Shown here in pieces: positions 32,035 to 41,885 of a DNA stretch of 64,000 nucleotides. Under the pieces are notes generated by a model that was not told the DNA's origin, did no database searches, and was given only the letters and a program-made list of their open reading frames with translations. Positions within the stretch are counted from its first letter, which is position 1. Each line of letters begins with the position of its first letter. The DNA comes from Nitrospinales bacterium (lineage in GTDB: Bacteria > Nitrospinota > Nitrospinia > Nitrospinales > VA-1): assembly GCA_965223345.1 (NCBI GenBank), contig CBDCWG010000012.1:2112001-2176000 (forward strand), given 5' to 3'. The translations under genes were made by a program, and so were the position numbers.

Positions 32035-32577
32035 TCACTCCAGCCACTTGTACAGCACGATGGCGTCCACGTATCCCTGGGTGGGGTGCCGGAATGCGCC
32101 GGGCAACCGCCCCACGGTCGCAAAACCCAGGCTTTGCCAGAGCTTGAGCGCGGATGCATTGGTCGAGACCACCAGGTTGAACTGCATGGCCTTGTAACCC
32201 AGCTCGCGGGCGACGGTCTGCGAATGCTCGCACAGAGCGCGGGCGATGCCTTTGCCGCGGGCTGCGGGCGCGACCATGTAGCCGCAGTTGCAGACGTGGT
32301 TGCCCGCACCCTGCTGGTTGGGTTTCAGGTAGTAGGTGGCCCGGATTTTTCCGTTTTCCTCCCACACAAAGGTTTTGTGCGGCACGTGCATCCACAGCCG
32401 CTCGGCCTCGCTTCGCGTCGTGTCCCTGGGATAGGGATAGGTTTCCCCTTGAGAAATAATGGGCTGGATCAGCGCCCAGATTTCCCCGAAATCGTCTTCT
32501 CTGGCTTCGCGGATGTGTTTTGCGGAATCCATGAAATCAGGACGCACGGACGCCGCTCCGATTTGCCTGGCGTTCAC
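32035..32577 (-). CDS. GNAT N-acetyltransferase
   Basis: GETYPYP, YYLKPNQQGAGNHVCNCGYMV, RGKGIA, MQFNLVVSTN, GRLPGAFRHP; alternative ATG at 32532. Confidence 0.9.
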   Translation of the reverse strand: MNARQIGAASVRPDFMDSAKHIREAREDDFGEIWALIQPIISQGETYPYPRDTTRSEAERLWMHVPHKTFVWEENGKIRATYYLKPNQQGAGNHVCNCGYMVAPAARGKGIARALCEHSQTVARELGYKAMQFNLVVSTNASALKLWQSLGFATVGRLPGAFRHPTQGYVDAIVLYKWLE

Positions 32578-33263
32578 TCCTCATAGCGGTAGCCGACGCC
32601 GTGCACGGTGCGGATGATTTGGGGATTCTGCGGGTCGAGTTCGATGAGCTTTCTGAGTTTGGAGATATGCTGGTCGAGCGTGCGGCTGTTGGGCAGGTAG
32701 CGCTGGCCCCAGCAGTGGTCGAACAGGGTGTTGCGGTCCACCACCTTGCCGCGGTTTGCGTGCAGCAGTTCGAGGATCGTCACGTCGCGCAGGCTGAGGT
32801 CGATGCGCTGCTCGCCGCGGCGGGCGCGCAACTCCTCCGGGTAGAGTTCCAGGTCACCGAGCTTGAGCAGGCGCGGGTTATTGCCCTGCGGTGCTTGCGT
32901 GGCGAGGCAGCGGCGCGTGACGGCGCGGATGCGCGCCACCACTTCGCGGGTGCCGAAGGGTTTCATGATGTAATCGTCCGCGCCCAGTTCCAGGCCGACG
33001 ACGCGGTCGATCTCCTCGGACTTGGCGCTCAGAAAGATCACCGGAACCTGGGCGCTGTGGCTGCGGATCTCGCGGCACACGCTGTAGCCGTCCTTGTGCG
33101 GCATCATGATGTCGAGTAGCACCAGGTGCGGCGCCTGTGCGTGGTATTGCTGCACCGCGTCCATGCCGTCCACGGCGGCGAAGGTCTGGTAGCCTTCCCC
33201 CTCCAGAAGATCCTGCAGGCCCTCGCGGATGTGGCGGTCGTCTTCTGCGATCAGAATTTTCAT
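32574..33263 (-). CDS. OmpR family response regulator
   Basis: ILIAEDD, LLDIMMP, GADDYIMKPF, SRTLDQHISKLRK, TVHGVGYR. Confidence 0.95.
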   Translation of the reverse strand: MKILIAEDDRHIREGLQDLLEGEGYQTFAAVDGMDAVQQYHAQAPHLVLLDIMMPHKDGYSVCREIRSHSAQVPVIFLSAKSEEIDRVVGLELGADDYIMKPFGTREVVARIRAVTRRCLATQAPQGNNPRLLKLGDLELYPEELRARRGEQRIDLSLRDVTILELLHANRGKVVDRNTLFDHCWGQRYLPNSRTLDQHISKLRKLIELDPQNPQIIRTVHGVGYRYEE

Positions 33264-34888
33264 GCGTTTCCTTTGGCAACGGGTGTGTTGAGTTCGATTT
33301 TAAAGCGGGCTCCTTGATCCGAGGGTTCTAGCGTCAGGTCGCCGCCGTGCAGGCGGGCCAGCTCGCGCGCAATGCTGAGGCCGATGCCAGTTCCCGCGAC
33401 GCCGTCGGTGGTCTTCGAGCTGATGCGATAAAACGGCTGGAAGATGCGCGCCGCATCGCGTTTGGGGATGCCGGGGCCGTGGTCCTGCACGGTGATGCGG
33501 GTGCGCCCGTTCCGGTTGTGGCTTTCGATGTACAGGCGGCCTCCCGCTGCGGCGTATTTTTCCGTGTTGCTGAACAGGTTGTTGAGGATCTGCTCGAGCG
33601 CGTCCGGGTCCACCTCCACCGATTTGCCTGCGCCGGCTTTGAATTCGATGGCGACGTTTCTGGCTTTGAGCGAAGGTGCGAAATTTTTCAGCGTGCTCTG
33701 GATGATGTCGTCCACCACTGCCGTTTCTTTGCGCAGCACCAGGCGGTTGCGTTTGGAGCGGGAAAAGTTGAGCACGTTGCCGATCAGCCTTGAGAGCCGC
33801 TGGCTTTCGGAGGTGATGACTTCCAGATAATGCCGGAAGCGCTGCTGCTCGCCGGAGTTTTTTGCATCTTCCGGCAGGTTTTCATCCAGCAACTCGGCGT
33901 AAAGCCGGATGTTGGTGAGCGGCGTTTTCAACTCGTGCGACACCTGGTTGACGAAATTGACGCGCTGCTCGGCGAGGAGCATCTCGCGGCTGTGTTCGCG
34001 GTACAGGTAATAGGCGAGGCCGAACAAGGCCGCGCCCACGGCGGTCAACGCCGCGGCGAGGTTGATCCAGCGCAGGCCGGCGCCCGCTCCCAGCGCGGAG
34101 CCGAAATACTGCAACTTCCAGCTTCCCAGAGGCGGGCTGAGCGTCATCTGCTGCGCGGGTGCCGCTTCGGCCGCCGGTTCGAAGCGGCCCCACTGGTAGA
34201 CTGCCGTGCCTTTGGAATCGATCAGGCGGATGCGCGCGTCACCCAGCCGGTCTTCGGGACCGCCGGTGCCGGGAAGCCGTTCGATGAGGTCCGCCTTGAG
34301 ACGCACCGGGTCGAGCTCGAAACCGATCAGGTTGCCGCCGGAGCCGCGCCACCAGAACAGGTGGTGCATGCCCGTGCCCGCATACCAGACGTGCCAGCCT
34401 TTCAGGTCCGGCCGGTCGTCGCGCACGGGCGCGGAGGCCATCGCTTTTTGTGGCGCGGCTTGTGCTTCGGCAGCGGTGTCCGCCAGGGCGGCGGGTTCCG
34501 GTTCCAGACGCGACAGCACCGCTCCGGCGCGTTCGAGAAAGCGGCGTTCCATTTGAGTGAGCGGCGCGTTGTCCGGCGGGAACAGCCGCTTGAAACCGGA
34601 ATCGAAAATCAGCATCTGGCGCAGATCGGGGCGGGTGCGCAGAAAGGCGCGCACCGAATCGGCGTCGGTAGCGAGTTGTGTTGCCTGTTGCGACAATTCA
34701 TTCTCCAGAGTTTCGAAGTACGCGCCGATGTCGCCGTCCACGCTTTTGAGCTGCGAGGCGATGAGGGTCTGGATCTGGTGGTCGTGCAGTTTTTTGTCGT
34801 CGTTCAACACGCGCACGCCCAGCCCTCCCAGTAAAAGAAGCGGGATCACCACGATGAGCAGGAGCAGGGCGAGGGGTTTGGTTTTCAA
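33260..34888 (-). CDS. Membrane sensor histidine kinase
   Basis: 2 TM with periplasmic domain; VSHELKTPLTNI, NLFSNTEKY, DHGPGI, GTGIGL. Confidence 0.93.
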   Translation of the reverse strand: MKTKPLALLLLIVVIPLLLLGGLGVRVLNDDKKLHDHQIQTLIASQLKSVDGDIGAYFETLENELSQQATQLATDADSVRAFLRTRPDLRQMLIFDSGFKRLFPPDNAPLTQMERRFLERAGAVLSRLEPEPAALADTAAEAQAAPQKAMASAPVRDDRPDLKGWHVWYAGTGMHHLFWWRGSGGNLIGFELDPVRLKADLIERLPGTGGPEDRLGDARIRLIDSKGTAVYQWGRFEPAAEAAPAQQMTLSPPLGSWKLQYFGSALGAGAGLRWINLAAALTAVGAALFGLAYYLYREHSREMLLAEQRVNFVNQVSHELKTPLTNIRLYAELLDENLPEDAKNSGEQQRFRHYLEVITSESQRLSRLIGNVLNFSRSKRNRLVLRKETAVVDDIIQSTLKNFAPSLKARNVAIEFKAGAGKSVEVDPDALEQILNNLFSNTEKYAAAGGRLYIESHNRNGRTRITVQDHGPGIPKRDAARIFQPFYRISSKTTDGVAGTGIGLSIARELARLHGGDLTLEPSDQGARFKIELNTPVAKGNA

Positions 34889-34980
34889 ATCGACGCTTTC
34901 ACTTTCTCGATGGGTTTTCCCTTGCGAACGCGTGGGGAGACCTTTGCATGAATCGTATGTTTAAGAAAACTGACTACAAC

Positions 34981-35032
34981 TGTCACCCTGAGCTTGTCGA
35001 AGGGTGCATGCTTCGACAGGCTCAGCATGACA
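34981..35032. repeat. REP-like palindromic hairpin
   Basis: TGTCACCCTGAGCTTGTCGAAG-ggtgcatg-CTTCGACAGGCTCAGCATGACA, an imperfect 22-bp inverted repeat. Confidence 0.75.
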
Positions 35033-35076
35033 AATAAACAGTCTCAGGCAAAGGTCTCCCGCTGGGAAAACCGCGG

Positions 35077-36408
35077 TCAGTATTGCTGCTGGCTGTCGCG
35101 CTTGTATTGCCGTTGCCGGAGACTTTTGCGCTTCTGGTTCCAGTCCCGGTTGTCGAAGTCGGCTTCATCCTGGCTCAGTTCCTGTTCCAGTTTCTGGGTC
35201 TTGGGCGAGAACAGGCCGAGCTCGCGGTTCTTTTTCACATACGCGCCGCTTCGCTTGAGCACTTCCTTGGCTTCTTTGGCTTTGCCCGCATCGCGCAGCT
35301 CGACGGCGTCCTTGCTCATCTGGTTGACCACCTGCTCGGCGGCGGTGTCCATCACCGGCTTGTTGACGCTTTTCAAAACCTTTTCTTTGGACTTGCTGAA
35401 ATTCACGCTGACACTATCCCGCAACGAATCGGTCTTTTTGGCGCGCAGGTCCTGGTAGGACACATCGACCGAAGCCACATTGCGTTTTTCGCCTGCGGTT
35501 CCGGGCGGCACCTCGATTTCCAGCATCACGAATTTTTCCTGATTCCCGGAGAGCTGGTTGAGGTTCACGTGCACGTTCTGGCCGATGATTTCCGCGTTGC
35601 GGCCCAGCACCCGGATCGGGCGGATGGAATCGGCGCATTTGATGATGATGGTGAGCTGCTTGGCCACCACGGTGAGCGCGGTCTGGAATTCGGCGGCGAA
35701 GATCTTCGCGAGGTCCGAAGAATTCTGCACGAAGGCGTGGTGCCCGTCGCTCATGCCCGCAAGCTGGGTCATGAGGTCTTCATTGTAACCCAGACCGAGG
35801 CCGATCGTCGTCACGCTGATGCCTTCCTTGCCGAGGGAGGCGCCCAGCTCTCCCAGTTCGCTGGGCGTGCTGGGGCCGACGTTGGCGAGCCCGTCGGAGA
35901 GCAGGATCACCCGGTTGACGCGGTTGCTGTCGAGAAATTTGCGCACTTCCGCCGCGCCCTTGCTGACGCCGGCGAACAGGGCGGTGCGGCCGCCGTCGTT
36001 GATGGCGCGGATGGCGGCGTAGATCGATTCCTTATCGTTCAGCCGGGTCGCCGGCACCACGACCCGCACCACGTTGTCGTAGGTCACGACGGAGACGATG
36101 TCGTCGGAGCGCAGAAGATCGATGGCGAGGATCGCCGCCTCGCGGGCGCGTTGCAGTTTTTCGCCGCGCATCGAGCCGGAGCGGTCCAGCACAATCGCGA
36201 GGTTCACCGGCGCGCGGTCGGTTTCCTCGGGCAGGTCGAAGCCCTTGAGGCCGACCTTCAAAAAGGTCTTCTGGTTTTTTCCCGCTTCGAGGACGGGGGT
36301 GCCGAGGTTCACATTGAGGTCGATGGTGCGTGCGCCGGCGCTGCCGAAAAACAGAAACACGGTGAGCAGCGTCCACAAGCTGATGAATTGAATGCGTGAG
36401 CGGGTCAT
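35077..36408 (-). CDS. Secreted von Willebrand factor A domain protein (YfbK-like)
   Basis: Signal peptide; MIDAS DRSGSM, GGRTAL, LLSDGLANVGP, GLGYNEDLM; AGGAG upstream of ATG 36408. Confidence 0.9.
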   Translation of the reverse strand: MTRSRIQFISLWTLLTVFLFFGSAGARTIDLNVNLGTPVLEAGKNQKTFLKVGLKGFDLPEETDRAPVNLAIVLDRSGSMRGEKLQRAREAAILAIDLLRSDDIVSVVTYDNVVRVVVPATRLNDKESIYAAIRAINDGGRTALFAGVSKGAAEVRKFLDSNRVNRVILLSDGLANVGPSTPSELGELGASLGKEGISVTTIGLGLGYNEDLMTQLAGMSDGHHAFVQNSSDLAKIFAAEFQTALTVVAKQLTIIIKCADSIRPIRVLGRNAEIIGQNVHVNLNQLSGNQEKFVMLEIEVPPGTAGEKRNVASVDVSYQDLRAKKTDSLRDSVSVNFSKSKEKVLKSVNKPVMDTAAEQVVNQMSKDAVELRDAGKAKEAKEVLKRSGAYVKKNRELGLFSPKTQKLEQELSQDEADFDNRDWNQKRKSLRQRQYKRDSQQQY

Positions 36409-36526
36409 CGCCAGACTCCTGAGGCTAGAGGGTTCGCGGTTGCGGATGAGGCGGAAGCGCCCACCCGGTGTCTTGAACCCAATGTAGAGAATCCGGCGTT
36501 CAGTGAGGTCAGACCGGTTTGAAAGT

Positions 36527-36545
36527 TTTGTAAAAAATTTGTAAA
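36527..36545 (-). promoter_or_regulatory. Candidate OmpR/PhoB-type direct-repeat box upstream of the vWA gene
   Basis: TTTGTAAA at 36527 and 36538 (11-bp period); -10-like TACATT at 36486-36481. Confidence 0.45.
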
Positions 36546-36575
36546 TCCCGGCATCGGCGAACAACGTCCCGTTTT

Positions 36576-37547
36576 TCAGGTTTCCCTATCGAGGGAGCGG
36601 TACTGGATGGCTTCTGCCATGTGCTCGGAGAGGATGTTTGCCTCCCCGGCGAGGTCGGCGATGGTGCGGCTCACTTTGAGGATGCGGCCGCCGCCGATGA
36701 GGCCGGCGTCGGAGATGGTGTGGTGCGGTGCGCGGAACGGGCGCAGGGCCACCAGCCCGCAGCCGTTTTTGTTCATGCCGAGAACGCTGTGGATTTTGGT
36801 GGTTTCGATGGCCTCTTCGAGCGCCAGGGTCGGCAGGATTGTGGGGATGCGTTTGGCCAGCATGGATTTGCCGCTGCCGGGCGGACCTATGAGGATGATG
36901 TTGTGGCCGCCTGCGGCGGCGATCTCGAGCGCGCGTTTGACGTGGTGCTGCGCCTTGACGTCGTTGAAGTCCAGCTCCGAGGCGGCGAACGCGTTGAGAT
37001 CGTTCGCGGTGGCCGGAACCGCAGGCGCGATATCCAGGTTGCCGTTGAGAAACTCCATCGCTTCGGGCAGGGTTGCGATCGGGATGGTGTTCACGCCGGT
37101 GACCACCGCCGCTTCGGGAGCGTTCCGGGCGGGAACCAGCAGGCCTTCGAGTCCTTTTGCGCGCGCCATCGCGGCGATGGACAGAGCGCCGCGCACGGGT
37201 TTGACGCGCCCGTCGAGCGACAGCTCGCCGAGGATGGCGTAGCGGGACAGCCGTGCGGCATCGACCAGTTCGTTGGCAGCGAGGATGCCGAGCGCGATGG
37301 GCAGATCGAAGGCGGAGCCTTCCTTGCGGATGTCGGCGGGAGCGAGGTTGACGGTGATGCGCTTTTGGGGAAGGTCGAGCTGGGTGTTCTTGATCGCGGC
37401 GGTGACGCGGTCGCTGGATTCCTTCACGGCGGCGTCGGGCAGACCGACGATGGCCATGCCGGGGATGCCCGGCGAGAGGTTCACTTCCACCTCTACTAAA
37501 TAACCGTCGATGCCCAGCACCGCGCCGCTCAGAATGCGTGCAACCAT
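36576..37547 (-). pseudogene. comM: ComM/YifB Mg-chelatase-like helicase with a large in-frame internal deletion
   Basis: [39 protein letters not shown] and [17 protein letters not shown] joined directly to [12 protein letters not shown]; Walker B and Zn-Cys region absent. Confidence 0.85.
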
Positions 37548-37730
37548 TGCGGTCCCCCTTTTCGGAATCCCGAATAGGGGCAACCTACATCACCAATATT
37601 TAGTTGTCAAATTCGTGGGGTAGTTTAAGTAAGTCAATAATCTGGAAATATGTTTCCGAAAGTTGAATTGAAGTATACTTAATCCGAAACTTGATAAGGA
37701 TTTTACCGATACCCAAAATTTTGGATAAAC

Positions 37731-38565
37731 ATGGCGCAATTTGTAATTCAGAAAGTATCACATAGGGGTGTTAGCCATCCTGTTGTCGCTCGCCTCTCAA
37801 TACAAGTGAAGGATATCATCGAATTCTCTGGTCTTGGTTCGAATATCAAAGAGAATATCCTTAAAGTTTGTATTGGTGATCTTCAGTCACGTCTTGGAAA
37901 GTGTTGGGATATTTGGCAACGCATCGAGAATGAACAGCGCCGTTGTGATTCAGAATATAAACCCTCTAACGAAAGAGTGGTTCAGATCCCCCATATTAAG
38001 GATCTTGATCGTGATGTTGATAATTTTTTTTACGAATCAAAAAACTTTTTGAGGGATCTTATAAGCTTAGTTTTAAAAGCCTTCTTTCCTGAAATCAACT
38101 TTTCAGATGCGGGAAAGGCCTTTCTCCCAAACAAAAAAGGTGAAGTAGAAATTATTTGTTGGGCTGAATCAAAGTTTGGGAAAAATGATGGTTTGACTAA
38201 GATGCTGCGTGAAGATGTTACATGGATATCTGAACTTATTAGGAAAAGAAATGCGATTGAGCATCCAAATGGTCATTCTGGTGTTTTGACCGTTTTCAAC
38301 ATTGAAGTTGATGAGGATGGTAGGTTAATTGCTCCAATCTGGCAGCGAACAGGGGGGAGATTCGCAGTTTATCTCTGTTGGGATGGCTACTTACTGCCAA
38401 TATCTATTAAGTTTTGCTGAAGAGATCATCATTTTTGGTTGTGTACAAAAAACAACCCGGACTCCAATGATTACATTTGGAGAAATTCCTGAAGATGAGC
38501 GAGACCCCAAATGCCCAATCCGCTTTAGAGCTTACTTTAAAGAGGGGATGGGGCCTCGACAATAA
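37731..38565 (+). pseudogene. AT-rich putative HEPN-domain protein, frameshifted in a G6 run
   Basis: RNAIEH (RxxxxH) at 38247-38264; removing one G at 38352-38357 fuses ORFs 37731..38420 and 38329..38565. Confidence 0.55.
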
Positions 38566-38579
38566 AACTTAGTCCTACC

Positions 38580-41447
38580 TCAAGCTTCCTGAACGACCCG
38601 CTGCAACTCGTTGGCCATGCGCGCCAGCTCCTTGGAGGCGTTCTGGCTGTCCATCGCGCCCTGTGTGGTGCTCTGTGCCGCCTGCGCCACACCGGCGATG
38701 TTGTCTGAGATCTCCGAAGTGCCTTTGGTGGCTTCGTTCACGCTGCGGGTCATCTGGTTGGTGGTGGCGGTCTGTTCCTCCACGGCGCTGGCGATGGTGT
38801 TGGAGATGTCGTTGATCTTGTTGATGAAGTTTCCGATCTCGACGATCGCCGAAACCGAGCTTTGCGTGTCGTTCTGGATCGCTTCGATTCTCTGGCTGAT
38901 GTCTTCGGTGGCTTTGGAGGTTTGATTGGCCAGCTCTTTCACCTCGTTGGCCACCACCGCAAAGCCTTTGCCGGCCTCACCGGCGCGCGCCGCCTCGATG
39001 GTGGCGTTCAGGGCCAACAGGTTCGTTTGTTCGGCGATGGAGGTGATGACTTTGATCACCTGACCGATCTCCGCGGAGCTGTCGTTGAGTTTGCTGATCG
39101 TCGCATTGGTGTTGTCCGCCATTTTCACCGCTTCGTCTGTGACGTGAGCGGCTTCATTGGCGTTCTTGGCGATTTCCTTGATGCTGGAGCTCATTTCCTC
39201 TGCGGCCGTCGCCACGGTCTCGACGTTGCGGTTGACTTCTTCGGAAGCAGCCGAAACCACGTTGGCCTGGGCGGAGGTTTCTTCGGCGTTGCCGGCCATC
39301 TGCTGGCTGGTGGCGGTCAGCTCCTCCGAAGCGCTGGCCAGCGTTTCGGAATTTCTGCGGATGTGATCCACGATCTTCTGCATACTTTCTGTGTGTCGTT
39401 TTGCCTCTTCCTGCATTTTCACTTGTTCGGTTATGACCGCCCAGGTGACGAGGGGCCCCAGGTATTGCTTGTTTTCATCATAAAGAGCATTGACGAGAAG
39501 CTCGAGAGTGTCTTCTCCTACGTGGATTTGGGCTTTATGGGGGAAATTGGCGGGGTTGGATAAGAGGTTCCGGACGTTTTGGGGGTCTTTGTGAAACACA
39601 TCGATGCTGTGCCCAATGATGTTGTCCACCTTAATCGGCAAACTTTTTTCGATTTGCCTCAATGTTTTTGTTGAAGAAGGGTTCATGTACTGGATGTTGA
39701 AGTTTGTATCCGCATACATGACATTGATCGGCAATTGATTCATCAGCGACTGGGTTTTTGCCATCTCGGTGGTGGAGATGCGCAGGTTTTTCACCATCGT
39801 GGCGAAGGAAGTGCCCAGGGTTCCTTCGCCATCGTCCACCAGTCTTTCGTTGTTGAGATCGTTGTTGGCGATGGTGCCCGCCTGGGAAGCGAACCACTGC
39901 ATTTTGTCTTTCATCTTGGCGAAAGCATCGCCCAGTTCTCCCGGTGTCCGGGATGCGAGGGAAGGGTGATCCAGCTGGTCGTTGGCGATGGAATCGGCCT
40001 GCACCGCCGTTCTTCTCAATCGCCGCGTCAAACCGTCGAGGGCATCCGGCAGGTCCCCGTTGGTGCGCTGGTATTTTTCTTCAACATAATCCGCGGCTTT
40101 CAGGATATCCATTCCCGACTGCATGCGCTGCTTGACGTTTGCCAGCCCGAGCCGGCCTTCGGAGAGGTCGTTGGCCTGCTCGACAGACAACTTCAGGGTT
40201 TCGAGCATCTGGTTGTAAGCGATTCGCAGGCGGCTGATTTCGTCGCCATGACGGACGCGCAGGCTCTGGTTGTTGACGATGTTGCCCTGCGCCAGGTTTT
40301 CGATGGATTCGGTCGTTTCGGCGATGCGGCTGGCTGTGGATTTTGCGATCCAGTAACCGAACATCAGGATCAGAATCATGAACACGCCGGTGATGATGGT
40401 GAGCTGGTTCTGAATCGCGATGATCGGGGCGTTGATGACCTGATCCGCGGTCCGTACCAGGACCGACCAGTTCATGCCCGGAAAACCGAGCGCCCCCTGA
40501 TGGTGCGCGTACCCTCCCGCCTGTTCGATCTTTTTCCGGGCATGGATGGAATAGGAAAACCCGGTTTGTTTTTCTTTTGCGGCTTTGACCGCGACATCGA
40601 CCCCTTTTTCTGCGAGATTCAGTTTCATGAGAACGTTGAAGTTATGCGTAACCGCATCGTCGCTCCCTCTGCCGTTGACCGGGTCGTAGTCGACGATGAC
40701 CCGGCCTTTTCCGTCCAGCAGCGTCATTTCGGTGTCGGCGAGTCCTTTGGCCTTGAGTTGCCGGTACGAGTCGATGAATATGTCTTCCACCAGGGAAAAC
40801 TTCGCATAGTTGTTCCAGATCGCCATCATGCGTCCGTCCGCATCGAAAACGGGAGCGGCGAACCCGAGTGTGAGGCCGTCATCTCCCGGATAGATTTTTT
40901 TGACGTCGTCGTTGACGTGCAGCGGGGTGATGGCGGTTCCGGTGAAATCCGCGGCCCCACCGACATTCCCGGCCTGACTGGTGTAAAAATTTCCCTGCAT
41001 GACATCTTTGAACCATTGGGAGTCGGAGAAATTCCGGCCGTAAAAACCCTGAGTCGCAATCGCCTTGCCATCCTGATCCTTGGAGTTGACGGCGATGACA
41101 TTGCCTTCAAGGTCCACAAGCAGCGTGAAATAGTAAATGTCGTAAGTGTCTACGTATTTGTTCATGACCTGCTCGATCACGGCGCCCGGTTTGTACCAGA
41201 AATTGCGAACCCGGATGGCGGTGTTCAGACCGAATGCCTGCACGTCTCCGTAGCGCTCGAACAGGTTGCGGTCTATTTTGTCGGCGATATGCGTGGCGAT
41301 GCCCTGCAGGTTCTGGGCATTGATATTTTTGATCTCTTTGAACGAGATGGTGTTGATGACCATGACGGAAAGCAGGGGAACCAGTCCTGTCAGAAGAAAT
41401 AGAATGGTCTGCTTCCACTTCAGGCTCAAGTTGTTCCAGAGGCTCAT
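38580..41447 (-). CDS. Methyl-accepting chemotaxis protein (TM-Cache-like-TM-HAMP-PAS-MA)
   Basis: [11 protein letters not shown] periplasmic domain; Aer2-like [51 protein letters not shown]. Confidence 0.95.
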   Translation of the reverse strand: MSLWNNLSLKWKQTILFLLTGLVPLLSVMVINTISFKEIKNINAQNLQGIATHIADKIDRNLFERYGDVQAFGLNTAIRVRNFWYKPGAVIEQVMNKYVDTYDIYYFTLLVDLEGNVIAVNSKDQDGKAIATQGFYGRNFSDSQWFKDVMQGNFYTSQAGNVGGAADFTGTAITPLHVNDDVKKIYPGDDGLTLGFAAPVFDADGRMMAIWNNYAKFSLVEDIFIDSYRQLKAKGLADTEMTLLDGKGRVIVDYDPVNGRGSDDAVTHNFNVLMKLNLAEKGVDVAVKAAKEKQTGFSYSIHARKKIEQAGGYAHHQGALGFPGMNWSVLVRTADQVINAPIIAIQNQLTIITGVFMILILMFGYWIAKSTASRIAETTESIENLAQGNIVNNQSLRVRHGDEISRLRIAYNQMLETLKLSVEQANDLSEGRLGLANVKQRMQSGMDILKAADYVEEKYQRTNGDLPDALDGLTRRLRRTAVQADSIANDQLDHPSLASRTPGELGDAFAKMKDKMQWFASQAGTIANNDLNNERLVDDGEGTLGTSFATMVKNLRISTTEMAKTQSLMNQLPINVMYADTNFNIQYMNPSSTKTLRQIEKSLPIKVDNIIGHSIDVFHKDPQNVRNLLSNPANFPHKAQIHVGEDTLELLVNALYDENKQYLGPLVTWAVITEQVKMQEEAKRHTESMQKIVDHIRRNSETLASASEELTATSQQMAGNAEETSAQANVVSAASEEVNRNVETVATAAEEMSSSIKEIAKNANEAAHVTDEAVKMADNTNATISKLNDSSAEIGQVIKVITSIAEQTNLLALNATIEAARAGEAGKGFAVVANEVKELANQTSKATEDISQRIEAIQNDTQSSVSAIVEIGNFINKINDISNTIASAVEEQTATTNQMTRSVNEATKGTSEISDNIAGVAQAAQSTTQGAMDSQNASKELARMANELQRVVQEA

Positions 41448-41885
41448 TTTTTTTCCTTATCGGGAGGAGGGAGGGGACAGAGAGCTGTTTCGATCAATCC
41501 GCCCTGACCGATCTGCAATCGCCAGGGCGAATGCAATTTTCGATTCAAATGGGTGATGTCATGATGGTCAAAGCCGGGTTTCATTCCCTGTCGGTTGTGT
41601 TCTGACGAATCGCTCGATTGGAAAACCGCGATCCGGCGAGAAAACTTTTCAGGCTCGAAAATCTCTTTTTATCAGCGGTAAATGTAAATGAAACTTGAAT
41701 GAAGGAGGCGAAAAAAAATCTCACCTAAACCTTTATGTCATAAAACATTAGGGCCCTGTCATGCTAGTTGGACGCAGGTGCGGTGCACACTCGAACCGGA
41801 GATCGCCGGGTTTTTCTACAGGATGTTTCTTTCTATCGATACAGAGGTTGCAGCGGGGGAGGGGAGTGAGCTTGCGTTGCTTTAT

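Noticed and set aside
41448..41885. Possible c-di-GMP riboswitch or sigma28 promoter upstream of the MCP
   Set aside because: No GEMM core found; TCAAGTTT-N11-ACCGCTGA (about 41698-41672) is only a weak sigma28 match
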